Assembly (NCBI GenBank): GCA_048213135.1
Contig: PS015097.1
Location: 278,070 to 313,863 of the forward strand
Direction: 5' to 3'
Length of the DNA stretch: 35,794 nucleotides
From: Reclinomonas americana ATCC 50394
Lineage: Eukaryota
Shown here: one piece after another, positions 27,701 through 35,794 of the stretch
Layout of the letters: the number at the start of each line of letters is the position of its first letter
Numbering within the stretch: the stretch's first letter is position 1
Made by a program: the position numbers and the translations under genes
Notes under the pieces: generated by a model
Told to the model about the DNA's origin: nothing
Database searches by the model: none
The model's input: only the letters and a program-made list of their open reading frames with translations

Positions 27701-30700
27701 CAAGGCAGTAATTTGGTGGCGCCATCGACCGTGCAGTTCTTTGCCTCGCCGAGCTGCGGCGCTAGCTCGCCAGTCACAGTCGCCGGAGTCTTGTTGGCAT
27801 CGGAGTCGGCCAGTGTGGTTGTCGCCAACATAGCTGACTCGGCACCTGTCGGTTTCTGTCGCCTGTGTGTGCGGTGGAGTCCCAGCACTCCGGTGTATGA
27901 TCTTGGCCTGCTCGGTGTTGGTGAGTGCCGACTGTGTGTTCTCTTCGCACTCGTGGTGGTATGCTGAGCCTTTTGACTTGCGCACGACAGCTTACATGAC
28001 GCCGGAGCCGACGTTTATGTTTGCGGCCAACAACACGGACGTGACGGCGAGTGGCGACGGATTCGTGTCGTTCGGATCGGACACGGCACCGATGCTAATC
28101 TCCCGCGACTGCAAGCGTTCACCGACACCTGCACCAAACATGCGGGTCCGCGCTGCACGCACCCTCTCCACCACACTTGTGGCATTCACACTGGACGCCG
28201 ACGGTGCCACTGCTGGTACCTATCAGGTCAGCTTTTCTTCTGCCTCCTATTCTTGTTGCTTCTTCTCTTGCCAAGTATACTCACACACACACCGTTGCAC
28301 ACAATGGTAGATGTGCACGCGTTGGGCATCGACTGCGCCGTATAGCACAGCCGGCATCTTGTACATTGGTTTGTGTCTTTTCTTGTTGTTGCTGGCTCCC
28401 GTGCAATGCGCGCACACTCATGTGTGATTTAGTGGGCGTGTTTGAGGTGCAACCGAACTCCATCAGTGATCAGCGCGGTCAGCTCGTATCAGTCATTGGT
28501 GACGGCCTCCCGAACCTCTCGGGCGACTCGCGTTCTGTCGTCTTCTCGCCCAACTGCACCCGTCCATCGATTGTGGCGCCGTCGTCAGTCACCAACTCGA
28601 CGCTCACTGTCGGTACTGGCGATCTCCAGCACGCGACGTTCACGATCAATGCGAAGCACGTGGCCGGTGGCGCATACTCGCTGTGCATGCGGTTGCCGGG
28701 CGGCAGCTCCTACCAGTTTGTCGGCTCGCTCAGTGTCGGTACGTCGTGTGTCGTTGGCTACAACTTTTTGCCTGTCGACTCACGACGATCCTGTCAACAG
28801 CGCCCCTTCCGCTGTTGCAAATCACGCAGGTGTCCAGCGAGGCACCCGTCAACGCGCAGCCGGGTACCACCTCCGCAGCCACCGTGTACGGACACAAGGG
28901 CTTGGCAGTGGAGTGGGAGGCCACCGAAGACGTCTCGGTCGTCAATGTGGAAGTGTGGGCTCTCGAAGGAGGTTCGTACGTGTACGTGTGTACTCGTTGC
29001 TGATGTCACGCGATATTCACATGGGCGCGCGCACTCGTGTGCGTGTATGTAGGCATGTGGCGCCAGCTGTTGGTGGCAGTGACGGATGTGGCGGCCACCG
29101 ACTCGTCGGCCACGCTAACTCGCACACTGCAGGCCCTGAAGGGCACCATTGGCACCGATGTTGCGTTGCGCATCCAGTTGTCCAGTGCGACCACCAATGG
29201 GACCACCAGCAGTGGAGCCGTGGCGCAGAGCTCGCCGTTCTTCCTGCGTTGTTGCGTCTTGCACATCAGGATGGAGTGTCTCTCTGTCTCGCTGATCGTC
29301 CCTTCACTGATGTTGACTTGGTGCTTTGTGTGCGAACAGTCCCGGCGGTGGCCAGCAACGTCACGGTCTCGCAAGTTGTCCTCGGGCAACCGCTGACAGT
29401 GCAATGGATGTGTGACGGCCCGGCCTCCACCAACAGCACGTTTTTGATTGAGGTGTGTTGGGCACCAATCATGCACTCTGATGACTCTCGCACACACACA
29501 CACACACAAAAATCGGTGTTTTTTTTTTTGCAGGTTTTGGACTCCTCCAACGCCTTGGTGGACACGCTGTCACGCGCCGCTCGCGGTGCCTGTGCACCGC
29601 AGAGCACGAGCAGCAGTGTTGCCGGCGGAACTCGTTCTCTTCCCGATTCGACCAGCAGCTCGACGACAGCGATCAACACGTTTGTCTATCAACCACCGGC
29701 TGGCACGGCCGTCAAGTTTACGACGGGTAACAACTACCGTGCCCGTGTGACACCCGTCGGCGAGGACACCACGTCGTGGGACATTACACCGACCAACTCA
29801 TTCCGTTTCATTGGTGAGTTAACTCGACAGGAGGAGGTGCGGGGAGGATCCATGCTCAATGCGTTATTTTTCCCCCTCTGCAGCACCCACGTCGGGCTTC
29901 TCGTCGTGCCCGAATAGTATTACGTGCTGGTACTGGTTGCTGCTCATTGGTGCCACCGGCACACTACTGTTGCTGCTCGGCACTTGTGGTGCTCTGTATG
30001 CGTGCGCTCGCCGTCGTCGCCGTCGCGACACGCAACGCCTGTTGCGCAGCCAAACAAATGTCCTGCTGATCGAGGCCGCGCTCAAGGCGCAGCCAGAGCT
30101 CTCGTTCTGGTACTTTGTGATGCATCCGTCGTGGTGGTTCGGCAGCGGCGGCACTCTGGCTGCCGCCGGCAAGAATCTGTCAGTGCGCGAGCTTGGACCT
30201 GTGCCAACTGGTGGCGACAAGGCCGCAGCACTGACCACAATCGACTTTAGTGACGTGTTCCGTTGCGTTTTTTCCCCCTCCGACGTACCACATTGTTTAC
30301 CTCGCAGTCATTCATCTCACCCGCGCGGTAGGTTCTCCACTGTACGGCAACGTCGCATCCCCTTCAATTCCGCGTTTGCCGTCGCTTCACTCGTCGCCAA
30401 TCGCCTCAGCAAGCAACACGCCGCGTCCGCCAGTGGGGCCCACCACTCCTCGTGGCGTCGTGCCAAGCCCCGCAGCATCGCCAGGTGAGTCACAGCTATC
30501 TTTTTACGATCACTCGAGTCTCGTCTCTGACAATCTCCGAGCAGCCGGTGCACCACGTCAAACGCGCGGTATGCTCGAGTCGCCGAGAGATCACGACCGA
30601 GCTGGGTGGAATGGCAGACACACGTCGTCTGCCACACCGAGTCTGCAGAGTGACAATGATCACGCGCGGGCCGTCGAGTTTGTACCGGATGCAGGAGCGC

Positions 30701-31728
30701 AGCGTGTTCCTGTGCGCGGCTTAGCGCTCACCGGCTTTGCGGCCCCGACATTTGCGCCGCCGGTTCTGCCGCCGTTGCGATCACCGCCCCCTGCACCGTC
30801 GTCGCCGTCATCACCGTCGTCGCCATCACCGCGGTCGGCGGGTCCAGGCACCCCAAGACCTCCACCTGCGCTCGCACCGACCGGTCCACCGTCGTTTGCA
30901 GTGCCGCGTTTGAATCTGCAGATGCTGTCACTACCACTGCCGCCTCCGCCACTGACTGCGTCACCGCGCTCTCCGCCCTCGCTGCCGTCTGCGGCGGCGC
31001 CGCCGAGTACACGATCACCGCCCATTCGACCTCTGCCTGCGCCAGTGCCACCACTTCCGACTTTGGCCGGATCGCCGCGCCCCGCTAGTTCATCGCACCC
31101 GCTTCAGCTGCGAATGCCAATGTTTTCCGCCAGCTTTTCGCCACCCATGGCCGCACATGCCGCACCAACGGCGTCACCATTCCGCTTGGACGCCCTCGTG
31201 ACGGCACGTGGTGCACCGCCGGCTCGCCCGTGGCCACCCATGCACCTGCCTGTGTCACCACGCGGTCCTGCCACCGCTGTGTCGGCGCGATCAGCACCGA
31301 GCTCGCCGCGCCCTGCACCCCCGGCACCGCTCGTCCCGCTGCCCATGCCACCCGCATCTGCAACGCCGTCGCTTCGGTTGGTCAACGCCGCGCCCCACGC
31401 TACGTCGTTGTCCGTCGGTACCGCTGCCGCCGGTCACTCATACAACTTGCTGCGACTGCCGTCGGCGGCCGGTTTGCCCCCGCAGCCTGCCGCACCCCCA
31501 GCGCGTCCTCCTGTGATGATTCCGCGACTGGCTCTTCCCGCCGCTGCACCTGTGCGACCGCCACCGCTGCCTCTCTCACCGTCACCTGCACAACCTCCTG
31601 TAGTATCTGCTGCGGCCCGGCCCGCGCTCAGCGATGACAACTCGTGGCGGTTGGCCTCGACCGAGTCTGACAGCGACGACGACAATGCCGACGACGGCGA
31701 CGACGTGGACGTGTTGAATGCTCGTTGA
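196..31728 (+). CDS. Giant multi-exon type-I transmembrane cell-surface protein (NHL propeller + ~52 IPT/TIG-like repeats + cadherin-like + 2 EGF-like + TM + Pro-rich tail); 5' end not resolved
   Basis: Manual GT-AG splicing keeps one frame across ~89 introns, from exon 196-259 ([21 protein letters not shown]) and exon 963-996 ([11 protein letters not shown]) to TGA at 31726-31728. The exons share a recurring repeat motif. Gaps at 4242-4942, 12956-13904 and 15377-15732 may hide exons, and structure at 6180-6410 is ambiguous. Confidence 0.85.
3003..9577 (+). CDS. First block of ~13 IPT/TIG-like beta-sandwich repeats
   Basis: Repeats of ~100-130 aa with consensus 'SF(S/T)P...LT(V/I)TG..L...VR(S/T)VRLE.G..C...G.Y(S/T)VCV.Y...L.VG', seen in ORF fragments 2939, 5213, 7215, 8333, 8775 and 8983. 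IPT/TIG assignment is by motif resemblance only. Confidence 0.75.
4180..5102. repeat. (CT)n microsatellites flanking assembly gap 4242-4942, within an intron
   Basis: CT runs on both sides of the N-run. Confidence 0.9.
9641..9901 (+). CDS. Single cadherin-like/Ig-like module encoded by one exon
   Basis: [20 protein letters not shown]...VGAVGT...[12 protein letters not shown]...[23 protein letters not shown] resembles the cadherin-like pattern F.I..G.L...L.V.A.D..G. Canonical Ca-binding DYE/DxNDN motifs are not evident. Confidence 0.45.
9978..10321 (+). CDS. Two tandem EGF-like domains (exons 9978-9999, 10065-10142, 10223-10321)
   Basis: Spliced peptide [65 protein letters not shown] shows two 6-Cys EGF patterns (C..NG.C....C.C...F.G..C). 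Confidence 0.9.
10397..28738 (+). CDS. Second block of ~39 IPT/TIG-like repeats
   Basis: Same repeat consensus. Nearly every repeat starts after a phase-1 acceptor and ends at a phase-1 donor (for example LLVG|gt). Later repeats end in the LCVRW variant. Confidence 0.8.
12851..13939. repeat. (GT)n microsatellite beginning at a splice donor and flanking gap 12956-13904
   Basis: The GT run begins exactly at the donor after ...CTCATCGTCG and resumes after the N-run. Confidence 0.9.
22490..22783. repeat. Intronic (CT)n tracts around a short gap
   Basis: Direct read of the sequence. Confidence 0.9.
24676..24742. repeat. Intronic (GT)n microsatellite
   Basis: Direct read; lies inside intron 24633-24777. 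Confidence 0.95.
29928..30008 (+). other. Transmembrane helix of the giant protein, followed by a poly-Arg stop-transfer segment
   Basis: [27 protein letters not shown] is followed immediately by RRRRRR (positive-inside rule), indicating N-out/C-in topology. Confidence 0.9.
30332..31728 (+). CDS. Pro/Ser/Ala-rich disordered cytoplasmic tail with acidic C-terminus (probable in-frame 60-nt intron at 30485-30544)
   Basis: ORF 30250..31728 has many SP/SPR and PxxP motifs and ends in [31 protein letters not shown]. Confidence 0.8.
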
Positions 31729-31772
31729 TTATTGGTAAACACAATTGGAGCGGCATCATTGTTTATACAAGA

Positions 31773-33629
31773 TTATGAATTGAGCTCCACCAACAGACCC
31801 ACCAGGAAGATGACGACAGAAAAGTATAAACCGGCAAAGTTCATCGCACGGCCGCTGTCGACTTCGGCGTGCAGAATACGCACACCGTCGTGCATTTCAA
31901 TGGACTTGCTGATGAGTTGCAGGAGCTGCGGGCAGCGTGCGTCCAGGTGACGCGAGTCGGCGTAGTAGTAAAAGTCGATCTGCGGCCGGGGTGTGTGTGT
32001 CTGTGTGTCAGCTTTGTTGTGCTAGCAAACAAGCGCACAAGTACTCACCGAGGCCGCAATGAAGAACTTGCGGTGTGCCTTGTCGCGAGCATTGGAACTG
32101 GCGGCCGCCACCAACACAAATGTGTTTGCCGTCGTCAGTGCCACCAGGTCGGCAAGTGCCAGGAATGCCGGAAACAGATTTGCCGTCGGCGACGACTTGA
32201 CCAGTAGCACGGCTATGAGGAGGAGGACGAGGAAGACCACTGTCTCGAACACAGTGACACCAATCACGATCTCGGCCTCGGCCTGTCGCTGCCGATTGAC
32301 GTGTTCGCGATTCTGCGTGCAAATAAGGCATCAGCCGAAAGGGGGGGGGGGGGGGGGGGAGGTAGTACGACGTACGTACGACGACGAACGAAGAAAGAAG
32401 ACGCACACGTACGAAGTAGTCGCGGACGACACACAGAGACGNNNNNNNNNNNNNNNNNNNNCGACGACGACGTACGACGAGAGTGAGGAGGGGGGGGGAG
32501 GGTGAGACTCTACGTGACAGCAAAAGAAAAGCGCAACTGCCAAGTATTGCCGGGCAGACCACCAAGAGCGTACGTCGGGGACGTTGAATGGACTGAGTTC
32601 GAGGCCCAGCGAGCCACCCGTCCATGCTTCGGAGAAGAGAACATTGCGCTTTGCGCGGAACGTGAACTTGTTGTAACTCGTCATTTGGAGCAGCAGAATC
32701 TGTGTGTGTGTGTGCACGGTGGTGATGAGTGTACTGCCTTCATCTCGCTGTCTTTCCCCTTCCGACATACCAGCAAGTACACCAACGGCGTCACGAGCTC
32801 CGGATAAATGACGGCCAGGTAATCGACGAATCGCTCAGTATCGCCCCACAACAGTGGCTCGCCTGCACCACCACCACCACCACAGTCAGCCACCGTACCA
32901 CGCAATCGCAGTATTGGCACACACGCACCGGCAAACCCGTGAACAAAGAACGGGAGAATGGCTCGCACGATACACCATGTGACACATGCCACCACCTGTT
33001 TGTTGGTCACCTCAATGTACTCGGTCCACACCTGTGATGATGTGGGGGAGAAAGGGGAGAGGGGGAGAGGGGAGAGGGGTGGGGAAAGGGGTGAGGGGTG
33101 AGGGGAGAGGGGAGAGGGGAGAGGGGTGGGGAAAGGGTGAGGGGAGAGGGGAGAGGGGTGAGGGGTGAGGGGTGAGAAGAGAGGAGAGAGGAGAGAGGAG
33201 AGGAGAGAGGGGAGAGGGGAGAGGAGAGAGGAGAGAGAGAGAGAGGATGAGACAGAGAGAGAGAGAGACAGAGAGAGAGAGAAGGTCGGGACAGACGACG
33301 TCGTCGACTAGTGACGAAGGAACGGTCGCACTACAACACGACACAACACACCACACAGAAGAAATGATAGCGATACGTAAGTAAAGTTCGCCGAGAANNN
33401 NNNNNNNNNNNNNNNNNNNNNNNNNNNNNNNNNNNNNNNNNNNNNNNNNNNNNNNNNNNNNCGAGAGACGGACCGACACACAGAGAGAGGGGGAGGACGT
33501 TGTCGAGAGACAGTCATACACACCAACCACCAACAACCAACACAACAAACAACAACAACACACACAACAACACACAACAAAGACAACAACAACAACAACA
33601 ACAACAACAGCAACAGCATCGACAACAAC

Positions 33630-33683
<54 letters not shown>

Positions 33684-34726
33684 CTTCACAATCCCATGCA
33701 CACAGACCTTGAAGTAGCCCTTCTTCCAACTGTTGTAGCCACGAAGCACTGCACGCAGGGTGGTGACTGGACCCTTTTGCTGTCCCGAATCCTCTGTGCG
33801 CACACAACACACGTAGAAATGGATTTGAGTAGGTGCGCGCGTTTCGCGGTGGCGACTATCAAGCGGTGCACCTTGTCGCAATCTGCGCCAGGAGGCAGAG
33901 TGAGATGAGCACATCGCGCAGCACACAACAGGTGACTGTGAAGACGCACTGATTGGTGTAGAAATCGGACTCGGCCTGCACTTCGGTCCAGTCGTACGAG
34001 AGCAACAGACAGACGGCCAGAGTCGCAGTCACCACGCCAGTGAGCGGCACAATCGTCTTGACGGCGACACTGTGAATTTCTCTCGTGAGTCAGAGAAAAG
34101 AGGAGGTCCACGCAACGCGAAGTGCAACGCACCCAAATGTGATATTGACGGGGGGCGACACGGCCATGAGCAACAGCATCACGGAGAACACAACGTTCAT
34201 GGTGAACATGATGTCGGTGAGACCGAGAGCAGAATTGCGCTCGCCCTGGTGCATGGTGATCTGGCTCTCCAGGTATTGCTTCCACTGCTCCAGTTCTTCT
34301 TTCGCCATCCTCTTTGCCGCCTCTGCGTGTTGCAAGTGAGCAGAAAAAAAAACGCGACACAAGACAACAGTCGTTGGATTGCGTGCGAGTGTACCTTGCA
34401 GTGGAACTCCCTCTGCGTCGACCAGATCCTCGTCCTCCACACCTCTGCCGAACTGCATGCGACACACACAAGAGCACGAAGAGGGGGGCGGAGAAAGAAG
34501 AGAAGAGAGTGCGGGGGAATCGTGTAAGCCAAGTGATCGAGGGGTGGGAGAAAGCCATTCACATATGACGAAGAGAGAGAAGAGAAGGGAGAGAGGAGGA
34601 AGAGAGGTGGTGGGAAAAAACAAGTACAAAGGAAGGGCGCGCACACATACACACACAGAGAAAGAGGAGGGGAGATATGTGTTAGCCAAGTGATCGAAGG
34701 GTGGGAGCAAGACATTCACAAAAATG

Positions 34727-34766
<40 letters not shown>

Positions 34767-35509
34767 GAAGGTGGAGAATGACAAGTACAAAGATCAATAA
34801 ATGGGGGTGCACACATACACCCAGAGAGAGAGAGAAGAGGAAGAGAGGAGGGAGAAAAAGAAAGAGAAAGAGGAGAGGGAAGAGGAACAACAGACAAAAA
34901 AGGGCGTGCTCACACAAAGACATACCTTCTTCTCGCCATTCTCTTCCTCGTCGAAATCATGCGACCGGCTGTTGGCAGAGGGATAGAGTGGCGCGGTGAC
35001 CGAGTCTCGCCGGTCGCTCGAATCGGTTACCTCGCCGGCGGCGGAACCGGCGAGTTCTGGCGGAGGCGTCAGCGGAGGCGACGATTGATATCCCGTCTTG
35101 GAACCACTGCGAGGACGCCCTCGCGGCAACTCTGGAGCTGGTGGGGTGAGGCCAGTGAGTGCGCCAATGGCGGCCGCCAGCGAGCCGGCACTGCCCGTCG
35201 AATTGGACCGTTCGCGCCCATGGGCTCCCGGTGACTCAGACTTGCCGGTGGAGTTGCTGCGAGCGCGTCCACCGTCTGCGAGGTGTGTCAGGAAAGGGTC
35301 TCCAAAACAAGGAATCGAGGGTAACAATGCAGACCGCGCGGCGAGTGACCGGGTGACGTCTTTGGTGGCACAGGCGCCAGAACACCGCTACCACCATCAG
35401 GCTGAAGGTGACTGGGCGACGGAGTTGATGACCGAGGAGGCGATGAGCGTGACGTGCCGCTGTTGCCAGCGGCGGCCGTGGCGGCGGCCGTGGCAGCGGC
35501 AGAGGCCAT
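31773..35509 (-). CDS. PHTF-like multipass membrane protein (7TMIC-fold candidate), 653 aa, 10 exons
   Basis: Exons on the - strand: 35509-35335, 35275-34926, 34452-34395, 34322-34133, 34069-33950, 33882-33708, 33031-32771, 32699-32538, 32312-32049 and 31979-31773. They total 1962 nt, are phase-consistent and end in TAA. A Ser/Pro-rich N-tail precedes about 7 hydrophobic segments. 'FNVPDVRSWWSARQYLA...EIVIGVTVF' resembles my recollection of the PHTF segment 'NIKMWLSLRSYL...DVIVSSAF'. Confidence 0.7.
33044..33680. repeat. Intronic low-complexity block: GGGGAGA-type purine tract, (CAA)n and (CA)n
   Basis: Direct read; lies inside the - strand intron 33707-33032. Confidence 0.9.
34527..34720. 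repeat. 37-bp imperfect direct repeat (34527-34563 and 34684-34720) inside an intron of the - strand gene
   Basis: AGCCAAGTGATCGAGGGGTGGGAGAAAGCCATTCACA versus AGCCAAGTGATCGAAGGGTGGGAGCAAGACATTCACA, with 3 mismatches. Confidence 0.9.
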
Positions 35510-35794
35510 GGGTGACGGAGGGACGACCAATGGATGTTCAAGAGACTGTGTATGGCACACAAAGTTGTGACTCGTTAGAATGGAAGGGAGAAAGGAGCTA
35601 TCTTAGATCGTCCCACAGTACGGCTATTACAAATAAAGATGCAGAGCTCGCTCGGAAACCCACAGCCCTTCCCTTTCTAAATGTCAGCAGTGTTCTACCA
35701 CGGCAAACGAGCAAGCTTATCTCGTCCCACGACACAGCTTCACAAACACAGACGCACTCTCTCTCTCTCTCTCTATCTCCAATGCTCTTTTCCT

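Noticed and set aside
3003-29813. Stop-codon reassignment or pseudogene frameshifts explaining the fragmented ORFs
   Set aside because: The breaks are resolved by short GT-AG introns, typically with pyrimidine tracts and CTCAC/CTGAC-like branch motifs. No in-exon stops are needed.
2993-31742. Many antisense ORFs opposite the giant gene
   Set aside because: Expected shadow ORFs of GC-rich coding sequence, with no coherent splice chain or recognisable domains.

Overview
Intron-rich, GC-rich eukaryotic DNA, probably from a unicellular eukaryote (species not identifiable), in a draft assembly with N gaps and 454-type TACG artefacts. The ORF track is mostly noise because the genes are split by short GT-AG introns. 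Manual splicing gives two convergent genes. (1) On the + strand (<=196..31728) is a giant type-I membrane protein with about 89 introns and roughly 6,500-7,000 aa: an NHL beta-propeller, about 52 Cys-pair IPT/TIG-like repeats nearly all bounded by phase-1 introns, one cadherin-like and two EGF-like modules within the array, one TM helix, and a Pro/Ser-rich tail with an acidic end. (2) On the - strand (35509..31773) is a 10-exon, 653-aa multipass membrane protein resembling PHTF, part of the insect-chemoreceptor-related 7TMIC fold. The most striking signal is in the splice donors: about a quarter read GT-T-(GCG/TCG/GAG/ACG), the normal donor motif shifted by one base. These occur mostly where the exon does not end in G, which suggests routine use of shifted-register 5' splice-site recognition that is very rare in humans. 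All gene models are hand-derived and lack transcript evidence.
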